Assembly (NCBI GenBank): GCA_035544735.1
Contig: DATKCD010000035.1
Span: 31,854 to 95,853, forward strand
Length of the DNA: 64,000 nucleotides
Reading direction: 5' to 3'
Source: Thermoanaerobaculia bacterium
Lineage (GTDB): Bacteria > Acidobacteriota > Thermoanaerobaculia > Gp7-AA8
The translations under genes and the position numbers were made by a program. The first letter of the stretch is position 1; the number at the start of each line of letters is the position of its first letter. The notes beneath the pieces are model-generated. The model was given only the letters and a program-made list of their open reading frames with translations. It was not told the origin of the DNA and ran no database searches. This document shows positions 1-8,416 of this stretch, piece after piece.

Positions 1-622
1 GCTGGTCAACCTCCTTCCGCGGTTCTACGACGTTTCGGCGGGACGGGTCGTGATCGACGGGCACGACATTCGGGATCTCACGCTCGAGTCTCTGCGCGGG
101 ATGATCGGGTTCGTCACGCAGGAAGTGATCCTGTTCAACGATACGGTGCGGAACAACATCGCGTACGGGCGGGCCGACGTCGGCCGGGAAGAGATCGAGC
201 GTTCAGCCCGCGCGGCGAACGCGCACGAGTTCATCATGCAGTTGCCGCAGGGATACGACTCGATGATCGGTGAGGGAGGAGTTCTCCTCTCCGGGGGGCA
301 GCGGCAGCGTCTGGCGATCGCGAGAGCGCTGCTGAAGGACTCGCCGATCCTCATCCTCGACGAGGCGACCTCCGCGCTCGACACCGAGTCCGAGCGCCTC
401 GTCCAGCAGGCCCTCGCGAATCTGATGGAGGGGCGCACCACGCTCGTCATCGCGCACAGGCTGTCCACCGTGCGCAACGCGAGCAAGATCGTGGTTCTCG
501 AGGCCGGCGCGATCGTCGAGTCGGGAACTCATGACGAGTTGATCGCACGCAAGGGCCTCTACCGCAAGCTCTACGAGCTGCAGTTCCTCGAAGACGAGGC
601 GATGAGCGAAGCAATGGCGTGA
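1..622 (+). CDS. msbA: ABC transporter ATP-binding/permease, MsbA-like lipid exporter; only the C-terminal ATPase part is in the window, and the 5' end lies upstream of it
   Basis: The translation from position 2 continues upstream of the first ATG. The ABC signature [16 protein letters not shown], the Walker B motif [12 protein letters not shown] and the H-loop IAHRLST are present. A DUF374 gene follows immediately, as in msbA-containing lipid A clusters. The symbol is assigned by similarity and context only. Confidence 0.8.
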   Translation, partial: LVNLLPRFYDVSAGRVVIDGHDIRDLTLESLRGMIGFVTQEVILFNDTVRNNIAYGRADVGREEIERSARAANAHEFIMQLPQGYDSMIGEGGVLLSGGQRQRLAIARALLKDSPILILDEATSALDTESERLVQQALANLMEGRTTLVIAHRLSTVRNASKIVVLEAGAIVESGTHDELIARKGLYRKLYELQFLEDEAMSEAMA

Positions 623-1293
623 GACGCGACCTCGGCACCCTCGTGATCCCTCCGCTGGCGGCTCTGCTGATCCGCACCCTGCACGCGACCCTTCGCGTCC
701 GGCACGTCCACGCCGAGCGCATCGAGCGCCTCAACCGCTCTGCCGGAAGCTACGTCTTCTCGTTCTGGCACGCCCATCTGCTCGTGATGGTCTATGCCCG
801 CTTCCGCTGGCCGCTCACGGTCATGATCTCGCAGCACCGCGACGGCGAGCTGATCGCCCGCACCATGGCTCGTTTCGGCGTACGCTCGGCCCGCGGGTCG
901 AGCTCCAAGCGCGGCTCCGAAGCCTTTCGCGACATGATCCGCGCCGCGCGCGAGGGCGACGTTCTCATCCTCACCCCCGACGGGCCCCGCGGTCCTCGAC
1001 GCATCGCCCAGCCGGGCGTGGTCCGCGCGGCCCAGATGGCCCGCATCCCCATCATTCCCGCCGCCGTCGTCGCCGAGCACCGCAAGACACTCCCTTCCTG
1101 GGACCGGTTCGAGATCCCGATGCCGTTCTCGAGAACGATCTTTCTCTACGGCGAGCCGGTGACGATCCCGAGGGACCTCGATGCCGAAGATCTCGAGCGG
1201 TGGAGGGAGGAGATCGAGCGCCGGATGAACGCGCTCGTCGAGGAGGGGGAGCGAGACTTCGACCGGCTCTGGAGCGGAGCCCCGGAACGCTGA
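619..1293 (+). CDS. DUF374 domain protein (lysophospholipid acyltransferase-like)
   Basis: The 224-aa ORF overlaps the upstream ABC gene stop by 4 bp. Motifs [24 protein letters not shown] are typical of the DUF374 family, which is often linked to msbA and kdtA. Confidence 0.65.
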   Translation: MRRDLGTLVIPPLAALLIRTLHATLRVRHVHAERIERLNRSAGSYVFSFWHAHLLVMVYARFRWPLTVMISQHRDGELIARTMARFGVRSARGSSSKRGSEAFRDMIRAAREGDVLILTPDGPRGPRRIAQPGVVRAAQMARIPIIPAAVVAEHRKTLPSWDRFEIPMPFSRTIFLYGEPVTIPRDLDAEDLERWREEIERRMNALVEEGERDFDRLWSGAPER

Positions 1294-1321
1294 GCGCGCC
1301 CGCGGCGGCCCCGGCGGATCG

Positions 1322-2053
1322 TCATCGTCCACCCCTCGGGATCCGCCGAGCCGCATCGAGCGGCTCGGCGGGCGGCCGGTCGCTTCGCCGCCGCCCTCCG
1401 TTCGGCACCGCGTCGGCATCGCCCCGGCCGGGAACGATCTCGACTCCTCCCTGACCCCGACGCCCCGCTCCACCCCGGCGCGCCTTCTCCAGCGTCATCA
1501 GAAACCCGAGCGCAGGATCCTTGAACTGACACTGCCGGAGCATCGTCCAGTTCCGCCGGACGTATTCCTGCAGATAGCGCAGCACGTGCCCGAGCGCGAT
1601 GATGCGGCACGGCGGCACTTCGTCGCCGGGAGGCATGGTGCCGAAGGCGACCAGACGCACCTGATGGCCTTCGGGCGTCGACACGGCTCCGCACTCGCGG
1701 AGAGCGTCGACCACCCGCGGCGCATCGCCGGCACCGCACCCGAACCGAGCGAGCACCGTCGCCAGCACGTCCGGATCCGTCGCCGAGTGGTTGAAGTTCA
1801 CTCGCCCTTCCTTCACTTCGCCGATGATCATGTCCACCCGCTCCTCGGGAATCGCGAGACCCGGGTCGAGCTCCGCCACTCCTCCGGCCGGCAGCGGCCC
1901 TCCCTCCCGCACCACGCGCGCTCCGCCCGGAAATCGGAACGCGAGCACATCGATGTCGGTCACCGTGCGGAATTTCCGCGAGCCCGCGGTCGCCGCGACG
2001 ACGGGATACTCGGCCGACGTGAAGTAGCCGTTGAGCTGCAGATACGCCTGCAC
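1322..2053 (-). CDS. Hypothetical protein, possible PD-(D/E)xK nuclease-fold protein
   Basis: A 243-aa ORF on the opposite strand sits between two plus-strand genes and has a protein-like composition, unlike the Arg-rich antisense ORFs nearby. It contains TDIDVLAF ... DMIIGEVKEG, a D...ExK pattern. The C-terminal 60 aa are low-complexity, so the true stop or frame is uncertain. Confidence 0.4.
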   Translation of the reverse strand: MQAYLQLNGYFTSAEYPVVAATAGSRKFRTVTDIDVLAFRFPGGARVVREGGPLPAGGVAELDPGLAIPEERVDMIIGEVKEGRVNFNHSATDPDVLATVLARFGCGAGDAPRVVDALRECGAVSTPEGHQVRLVAFGTMPPGDEVPPCRIIALGHVLRYLQEYVRRNWTMLRQCQFKDPALGFLMTLEKARRGGAGRRGQGGVEIVPGRGDADAVPNGGRRRSDRPPAEPLDAARRIPRGGR

Positions 2054-2273
2054 GAGCGAGACCGCGTGGTCCAGGTTCGAAACCTCCGGGCATCGCCCAT
2101 TGCGAATCGGATTCCAACACGTCGGTCGGCCTGCGGATCACCTCCGGGACCCGAGGCGGCGCCTTGCTGCGGTCCGCGAGCGCTACGGCAGGTCGAGCTC
2201 GCGTGCCGACGATCACCAAACGAACGGTGACGGTCGCGGCGATCGGTCGCCGACGGCTCCATTCGACTCTATA

Positions 2274-3038
2274 ATGCGCCGCATGCTGCGTTCCCTCGCC
2301 CTCCTGTCAGCGACCACGATATTGCTGCTCGTCTCGTGCGCGATGGAAGGGGTTCCGGAAGCGCGCGAGGGTGACCTCGCGGCGGCCGACGACCCGACGC
2401 TTCGCCCGCGGCAGCGGATGGTCACCGATCAGATCGTCGCGCGCGGAGTGACTCATCCCGCCCTCATCGAAGCGCTGCACAAAGTCCCGCGGCACCGCTT
2501 CGTCCCGCCGAGTCAGTCTTCGCACGCCTACGAGGACCGCCCCCTCCCCATCGGCCTCGACCAGACCATCTCGCAGCCTTACATCGTCGCCTACATGACT
2601 CAGGCCCTCGATCCCGGGCCGCGCGACAAGGTGCTCGAGATCGGGACCGGCTCCGGATATCAGGCGGCCGTCCTCGCCGAGATCGTCCGCGAGGTCTATT
2701 CGATCGAGATCGTCCCCGAGCTCGCCAGACAGGCCGGGCGGACCCTCGCCGAGCTCGGTTACGAGAACGTCCACGTCCGTGAAGGAGACGGTTACCGCGG
2801 ATGGCCTGAGGAGGCACCCTTCGACGGCATCATCGTGACCGCTGCCCCCCGGACGATTCCGAAGCCTCTGATCGATCAGCTCGCCATGAACGGGCGTCTC
2901 GTCATCCCCGTCGGCGACTGGTATCAGGAGCTGGTCGTCATCACGCGAACACCGGAGGGTCTGGTGGAGCGTCGCACGATCCCGGTGCGGTTCGTGCCGA
3001 TGACGGGAGAAGTGACCCGCGACCCCTCCATGCCGTAA
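2274..3038 (+). CDS. pcm: Protein-L-isoaspartate O-methyltransferase, lipoprotein-type N-terminus
   Basis: The AdoMet motif VLEIGTGSGYQAAVLA and the motifs TISQPYIVA and GRLVIPVG are present. The internal start MRRMLRSL is followed by a signal peptide with an LVSC lipobox. The upstream part of ORF 2031..3038 is Arg-rich and non-coding-like. Confidence 0.85.
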   Translation: MRRMLRSLALLSATTILLLVSCAMEGVPEAREGDLAAADDPTLRPRQRMVTDQIVARGVTHPALIEALHKVPRHRFVPPSQSSHAYEDRPLPIGLDQTISQPYIVAYMTQALDPGPRDKVLEIGTGSGYQAAVLAEIVREVYSIEIVPELARQAGRTLAELGYENVHVREGDGYRGWPEEAPFDGIIVTAAPRTIPKPLIDQLAMNGRLVIPVGDWYQELVVITRTPEGLVERRTIPVRFVPMTGEVTRDPSMP

Positions 3039-3130
3039 CATGGCTGCGGCAGCAGGGGAGGGGATCGATCACGCGGGAGCCGCCGGTCCGCGATTCGGAG
3101 TCCGTCCTGCAACGAAAGAGGGAAACCGAT

Positions 3131-3535
3131 TTGGCCGATGGAAACGGCAGTACGAGGCCGATGCGCAAGCTGAAGCCGCTCTACGACTGCCTCAAGTGTC
3201 CGGCGTACTGCTGCAGCTACGAGCGGATCGACGTGACCCGGCGCGACCTGTCGCGGCTGGCGCGTCACTTCGGCATCAGCGACGATGACGCCGAGCGGCG
3301 GTTCACCAAGCAGGTCGAGGGCCATCGCGCGCTGCGCCACCAGAAGGACCAGATCTTCGGCTCGATCTGCACGTTCTTCGACAGGGAGACGCGGCGCTGC
3401 ACCGTCTACGAAGCCCGTCCGAACGTCTGCCGCTCGTATCCCGACGGACGCTCCTGCGGGTACTACGACTTCCTCACCTGGGAGCGGGAGCATCAGGACG
3501 ATCCCGACTTCATTCCCTACGAGCTCGGTAAGTAA
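3131..3535 (+). CDS. YkgJ-family cysteine-cluster protein (UPF0153, putative Fe-S/zinc-binding)
   Basis: The Cys pattern CLKCPAYCC ... C..Y ... CRSYPDGRSCGYY is typical of the YkgJ family. Confidence 0.7.
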   Translation: MADGNGSTRPMRKLKPLYDCLKCPAYCCSYERIDVTRRDLSRLARHFGISDDDAERRFTKQVEGHRALRHQKDQIFGSICTFFDRETRRCTVYEARPNVCRSYPDGRSCGYYDFLTWEREHQDDPDFIPYELGK

Positions 3536-3586
3536 CGAGGGCCCTGCGTCTCCTCCGGGTGCTATATTGGGCTCAGGAGGTGACAC

Positions 3587-3790
3587 ATGGGCAAGCACTG
3601 GCACCTCTCGCCCGAGCAGTGGAAGGTCGCGCAGGCGGTCATCCGGGGCGAGCCGGTCTCGCAGACGTGCGTGCGGCTCGGCATCAGCGAGCCGCGCTAC
3701 AAGAAGGATCTCCACGCCGTCGCGGAGAAGGTCGGGGCTCGATCGCGGACCGAGCTGATCGAGACTCTCCGGCGTCCCTCAGCGGGCTGA
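3587..3790 (+). CDS. Small helix-turn-helix DNA-binding protein (LuxR/GerE-like or sigma-70 region-4-like)
   Basis: A 67-aa ORF has a good RBS (GGAGGT, 5 nt before the ATG). The sequence VSQTCVRLGISEPRYKKDLHAVAEKVG looks like an HTH. Confidence 0.45.
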   Translation: MGKHWHLSPEQWKVAQAVIRGEPVSQTCVRLGISEPRYKKDLHAVAEKVGARSRTELIETLRRPSAG

Positions 3791-3879
3791 GCGTCTGAGC
3801 CCCCGCGTTCGATCCCCCATTCCCGGCGTCATTTTCGAGGGGCCGGGGGAGCTCCGGCAGCATGGCAGGCCTGTTGCTC

Positions 3880-3918
3880 TTCATGAATCGACGGATGGAC
3901 CGTCCGTTCATGAATCGA
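3880..3918. promoter_or_regulatory. Two direct copies of TTCATGAATCGA (each containing the perfect palindrome TTCATGAA) 27 bp apart, immediately upstream of the M48 peptidase RBS; candidate operator
   Basis: Copies lie at 3880-3891 and 3907-3918. The RBS CAGGAGG (3921-3927) and the GTG start (3933) follow. This region is lower-GC than its surroundings. Confidence 0.25.
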
Positions 3919-3932
3919 ATCAGGAGGCCTAC

Positions 3933-4724
3933 GTGAGAACACTCGCAACCCGATTCGCGCCGATCGCGGCGCTCCTGCTCCTCGCCGGATGTGCGTCCGG
4001 CGGAGGCTTCAACCTGGTCTCGCTCGAGGAGGAATGGCAGCTCGGCCAGCAGCTCCACGCCGACATCGCCCGGCAGATGCCGCTCCTGAGCGACGCGACC
4101 GCAAACGCCTACATCAACCGGCTGGGCCAGCAGATCGTCTCGGAGACCGAGATGGCGCAGCTTCCCTGGCACTTTCACATCATCGACAGCCCGGAGATCA
4201 ATGCGATGAACATCCCGGGCGGACACGTCTACGTGACGACCGGGCTCATCGGAGCCGCCGACGACGTTTCCGAGCTCGCCGGCGTCGTCGCGCATGAAGT
4301 CGCGCACGGCGTCGAGCGTCACGCCACCGAGAACATGACGAAGGCCTATGGGCTCAACGTCCTCGCCTCGCTGCTTCTCGGTCAGGATCCGGCGATGTAC
4401 CAGCAGATTCTCGCTCAGATCGTCGGCGGCGGCGCGATGGCGAGCTTCGGGCGCGACGCCGAGCGCGAAGCCGACACCCTCGGCACGCGCTACATGTACC
4501 AGGCGGGCTACGATCCGAGAGGAATGGTGACCATGTTCGAGGAGCTGCTCCGCCGGCGCCAGCGGGAGCCGGGGGCGGTCGATCGTTTCTTCTCGACTCA
4601 CCCGCTGACGGAGTCGCGCATCGCCCAGGTTCGGAGCGAGATCGCCACCCTGCCGCAGCGAGCCAACCTGATCAGCAATACCCGGGATTACAACTCGTTC
4701 CGTTCCCGCTTCGGGCGGGGCTGA
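3933..4724 (+). CDS. M48-family zinc metallopeptidase lipoprotein (BepA/YcaL/LoiP-like)
   Basis: The HEXXH motif is HEVAHGVERH. A lipoprotein signal LLLAGCASG is present. The match to BepA/YcaL-type periplasmic M48 proteases is judged by eye. A GTG start with a CAGGAGG RBS is proposed. Confidence 0.8.
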   Translation: MRTLATRFAPIAALLLLAGCASGGGFNLVSLEEEWQLGQQLHADIARQMPLLSDATANAYINRLGQQIVSETEMAQLPWHFHIIDSPEINAMNIPGGHVYVTTGLIGAADDVSELAGVVAHEVAHGVERHATENMTKAYGLNVLASLLLGQDPAMYQQILAQIVGGGAMASFGRDAEREADTLGTRYMYQAGYDPRGMVTMFEELLRRRQREPGAVDRFFSTHPLTESRIAQVRSEIATLPQRANLISNTRDYNSFRSRFGRG

Positions 4725-4805
4725 CCCCGAATCCGCGGGCACCGATGAGCCTCGCGCTCGTCGGCGCCCGCGAGCCATCTTCCGGCGGCGTGCTACGATC
4801 GCGCG

Positions 4806-5377
4806 ATGCGGCACCTCGCGTCGTTCCTCCTGCTGCTGTCCCTCTCTTCATCCGCGGCAGCAGGCGTCGCCGGCTACGAAGCGGTTCGCTCCTCGCGTCC
4901 GGACGGGCGCTCCATCGCCGTTTCCGGACTGATCCTGGAGCGCGACGCATACAGGATCGAGCTCCGGTCGAGAACGATTCATCTGCTCGCCCCTTTCGGC
5001 GAGGAGACCTTCGGCGCCGTCTTCCTCGGTCACGGAAGCTTCCGGCTGGCGCCGGCGCTCCCCTCCGAGCGTCTGGCGGAGTGAAGAGCCGATCCGGGTG
5101 GCCGGCTTCAATTACGGCGATTTCCGGCGCCTCGATCGCACCGACGAGACGACCGGGCTCGCCTTCGAGGTCTACACCGGACGGGAGCGGACGCGCAAGG
5201 CCGAGGATTCTGACGGTGGTCCCGGTCTACCTCGATTTCGGGAAGAACGTCCTGCTCCGGATCGCCGCGGTGCGTCTCGCGGGCGGGACGTCCGAGAAGG
5301 TTTCGCTCGAGCTCGCGCTGCCGCGCGCGCCACGGCGCGCGATCATCAACAGCATGCACGACGTGCTGAGCCGATGA
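4806..5377 (+). pseudogene. Probable frameshifted gene (secreted protein of unknown function) split over three reading frames
   Basis: ORFs 4806..5084 (frame 0, with a signal peptide), 5098..5418 (frame 1) and the tail of 4745..5377 (frame 2) all have a normal protein-like composition. They abut head-to-tail, consistent with two frameshifts or sequencing errors in one roughly 190-aa gene. Confidence 0.3.
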
Positions 5378-5428
5378 GCGATCCCCGTCCGGATCGTCTC
5401 CCCTCGAGCGTGGTATAAACCGCCCGGC

Positions 5429-6319
5429 ATGATCCGCAGCATGACCGGGTTCGGCCGGGCCAGCGGCAAGGTCGGCGACCGCCTCTTCGTCTCGGTCCTC
5501 GCGAAGTCGGTCAATCACCGCTACCTCGAAGTCTCGCTCCGTCTGCCGGAGGTGCTCTGGGAAATGGAGCCCGCGCTTCGTACGCTCGCGTCCGAACGAT
5601 TCCACCGCGGCAAGCTCGACCTCTCGATCCGCGCCGAGCGCCTCGTCGACCCTGACTACGAAGTGCGCCTCTCGCGAAACATCGCCGAACGGGTCCTGCC
5701 GGGGCTCAAGTCGCTGATGACGGAGTTCGGCATCGAAGCGAACTTCACCGCCTCGGACCTGCTCCGCATTCCCGACCTGCTTCAGGTCCATCCCCGGGAG
5801 GCCGAGCTCGACGAGTCCGAGCAGCAGGACATCGTGCGCATCGCCGGCGAAGCCTTCGCGATGCTCGCCTCCATGCGCGAGAACGAAGGCGAGGCGCTCC
5901 GCCGCGACGTCGAAGGGCGGATCGATGAGGTCCGCCGCGGGTTCGACGCCATCGCCTCCTCCGCCGACTCGATCCGCGCCGAAGCGATCGATGCCTATCG
6001 CCAGCGCGTCGAAGAGCTCGCACGCGTTTCCGGCGTCGCCGTCGATCCCGACAGACTCGCCCAGGAAACGGTCATCCTCGCCGAGAAGAGCGACATCGCC
6101 GAGGAGCTCGCACGCGCCCGGAGCCACATCCGCCAGATCGAAGCGCTCATCCCCTCACCCGAGCCCGCCGGAAAGAAACTCGACTTCCTCTCCCAGGAGC
6201 TGCTCCGTGAAATCAACACCTCCGGCCAGAAGTCCCGCTCTGCGGCCATCCGGAGCGTCGTTGTAGAATTGAAGACTGCCGTCGAGCGCATCCGCGAGCA
6301 GGTTCAGAATGTCGAGTAG
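5429..6319 (+). CDS. yicC: YicC/YloC-family stress-induced protein (TIGR00255)
   Basis: The N-terminus MIRSMTGFGRA and the C-terminal region LSQELLREINTSGQKS are present. The gene sits upstream of gmk-rpoZ, a conserved arrangement. Confidence 0.8.
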   Translation: MIRSMTGFGRASGKVGDRLFVSVLAKSVNHRYLEVSLRLPEVLWEMEPALRTLASERFHRGKLDLSIRAERLVDPDYEVRLSRNIAERVLPGLKSLMTEFGIEANFTASDLLRIPDLLQVHPREAELDESEQQDIVRIAGEAFAMLASMRENEGEALRRDVEGRIDEVRRGFDAIASSADSIRAEAIDAYRQRVEELARVSGVAVDPDRLAQETVILAEKSDIAEELARARSHIRQIEALIPSPEPAGKKLDFLSQELLREINTSGQKSRSAAIRSVVVELKTAVERIREQVQNVE

Positions 6320-7001
6320 CCTCAATTTTCACCCCGACGGCACCCTTTTCATCCTCTCCGGACCCTCCGGCGCGGGGAAGACGACCCTCATCACCCGCGC
6401 CCAAACCGATCTCACGCGCCTCGGGATCCAGCTCCATTTCTCGGTCTCTCACACGACACGTCAGAAAAGGAAAACCGAGGAGGAAGGGCGCGACTACTAC
6501 TTCGTCGAGCTCCCCGCCTTCGAGCAAATGATTCGAAACGGGGAATTTATCGAATGGGCGCACGTTCATGGCCAGATGTACGGGACCTCGAAGCAGGAGG
6601 TCCTGACGCGGCTCGAGCAGGGGGAGGACGTGATCCTCGACATCGACGTCCAGGGGGCGCGCCAGATCTCGGAGAATTCCGAGCTGCGGCCCCACTCGCT
6701 GAGTCTGTTCCTCTTTCCTCCGTCGTTCGAGGAGCTGGAACGGAGGCTGATCGAGCGGGGGCAGAACACGCCCGAAGAGATCTCGGTGCGGCTGGAGAAG
6801 GCGCTGCACGAGGTCGAATCGGGGATGCCGTTCTACGATTACGTGCTCATCAACGACGATCTCGAGATCGCGGTCGAAAGTCTCAAAGCGGCGGTCATGG
6901 CACGCAAGCTCCGGTCGAAATCGGCCATGGAGGCGCTGCACCAGATGGCGCGCAGGTTCAAGGAGGAACGGAGTGGATCGTTTACCCGAGGGAGTGGATA
7001 G
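6309..7001 (+). CDS. gmk: Guanylate kinase
   Basis: The P-loop GPSGAGKTT is present, together with the motifs SVSHTTRQKR..E..G.DY.F. Confidence 0.9.
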   Translation: MSSSLNFHPDGTLFILSGPSGAGKTTLITRAQTDLTRLGIQLHFSVSHTTRQKRKTEEEGRDYYFVELPAFEQMIRNGEFIEWAHVHGQMYGTSKQEVLTRLEQGEDVILDIDVQGARQISENSELRPHSLSLFLFPPSFEELERRLIERGQNTPEEISVRLEKALHEVESGMPFYDYVLINDDLEIAVESLKAAVMARKLRSKSAMEALHQMARRFKEERSGSFTRGSG

Positions 7002-7194
7002 CAAGTTCCGGTACGTGCTGCTGGTCTCGAAGAGGGCCGAGCACCTGATCCAGGGATCGCCGGCCAACGTGAAATCGAAGCACTTCAAGCCGACGCGTGT
7101 CGCGATGGAAGAGATCGAGCGGAAGGCCGTGGAATGGTCGCTGACGCCTCCGGAGCTTCCGTCGGAGGACGACGCGGACGAGATCGAAGAGTGA
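6973..7194 (+). CDS. rpoZ: DNA-directed RNA polymerase subunit omega
   Basis: A 73-aa ORF with SKFRYVLLVSKRAEHL and an acidic C-terminus. It overlaps the gmk end by 29 nt. Confidence 0.8.
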   Translation: MDRLPEGVDSKFRYVLLVSKRAEHLIQGSPANVKSKHFKPTRVAMEEIERKAVEWSLTPPELPSEDDADEIEE

Positions 7195-8399
7195 ACATCG
7201 TCCTCGGGATCTCGGGCGGCATCGCCGCCTACAAGGCGCCGGACCTGGTCCGGCGTCTCCGGGATGCCGGGGCGAGCGTTCGGGTCCTGATGACGCCGAA
7301 CGCGACGCGGTTCGTCTCCCCCCTTTCCCTCGCCGCGGTCTCCGAGAACGGCGTGATCCACGACCAGTGGGGAGACTCGGCGCACGGGGGAGTCGATCAC
7401 ATCGAGATCGCCCGCTGGGCCGAGCTGCTTCTCGTGGCCCCCGCCACGGCGAACGTCCTCGCGAAGATGGCGACAGGCATCGCCGACGATGCGCTGAGCA
7501 CCTACGCGGTGGCGCACCGCACCGACGTCATGGTCGCACCCGCCATGAACACTTGGATGTGGATGCACCCGACCGTCCGCGAGAATCTCGAGCGCCTCCG
7601 CGGACGGGGAGTCATCGTCCTCGATCCCGACTCGGGGCTGCTCGCCTGCGGCGACGAAGGGCTCGGCCGGATGCCCGACGTCCCGGCGATCGTCGAGCAG
7701 GTCCTCGCCGTGTTCGCCTCCCAGGACCTCGCCGGAAAGAGAGTCCTCGTCACCGCCGGCCCGACGCGCGAGCCACTCGATCCGGTCCGATACCTCTCGA
7801 ACCGCTCTTCGGGAAAGATGGGATATGCGGTCGCGGCCGCCGCACGGCGGAGAGGGGCGGAGGTCACTCTGATCTCGGGGCCCGTCTCGATCCCCGTCCC
7901 CCCCGGCGTCCGCCTGGTCCGCGTCAACACCGCCGCCGAGATGTACGAGCGCGTCCTCGAGGCGCTTCCCGGACACGACCTCGTCGTCAAGGCTGCCGCG
8001 GTCGCCGACTTCACCCCCGCAGACCCCGCCCGGCAGAAGATCCGGAAGACCCCCGGCTCGGACGAGCTGGTCCTGACGCTCAGCCGCACGCCCGACATCC
8101 TCGCCGAGATCGGGCGGCGCGATCCCCGCCCGCTCCTGGTCGCGTTCGCGGCGGAGACCGAGAACCTCGAGGAGCATGCGCGACGCAAGCTCGAGGCGAA
8201 GAACGTCGATCTGATCGTCGCGAACGACGTCGCCGACCGCTCGATCGGCTTCGACTCCGACAAGAACGCCGTCACGATCCTCGGACGCGACGGCTCCTCG
8301 GTCACGGTCGATCGCGCCGACAAGACGACCGTCGCGAACCGCATCCTCGACCGAGCCGTCGCCCTTCTTCCTCGGCGCGCCGCGGTTCCCAGGGTATAG
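7191..8399 (+). CDS. coaBC: Bifunctional phosphopantothenoylcysteine decarboxylase/phosphopantothenate-cysteine ligase
   Basis: The flavoprotein N-domain NIVLGISGGIAAYKAPDLVRRL is present, as are the CoaB C-domain motifs (KTPGSD...). A GTG start overlaps the rpoZ stop (GTGA). Longer upstream ORF starts lie in rpoZ. Confidence 0.9.
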   Translation: MNIVLGISGGIAAYKAPDLVRRLRDAGASVRVLMTPNATRFVSPLSLAAVSENGVIHDQWGDSAHGGVDHIEIARWAELLLVAPATANVLAKMATGIADDALSTYAVAHRTDVMVAPAMNTWMWMHPTVRENLERLRGRGVIVLDPDSGLLACGDEGLGRMPDVPAIVEQVLAVFASQDLAGKRVLVTAGPTREPLDPVRYLSNRSSGKMGYAVAAAARRRGAEVTLISGPVSIPVPPGVRLVRVNTAAEMYERVLEALPGHDLVVKAAAVADFTPADPARQKIRKTPGSDELVLTLSRTPDILAEIGRRDPRPLLVAFAAETENLEEHARRKLEAKNVDLIVANDVADRSIGFDSDKNAVTILGRDGSSVTVDRADKTTVANRILDRAVALLPRRAAVPRV

Positions 8400-8416
8400 C
8401 CGGGAGGCGCCCCCCC

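Noticed and set aside
3040-3288. The 82-aa ORF between pcm and ykgJ-like, and similar short ORFs: 4348..4530, 8141..8386, 16177..16404.
   Set aside because: They are short, Arg-rich and have no RBS. They overlap or lie in the UTRs of real genes.
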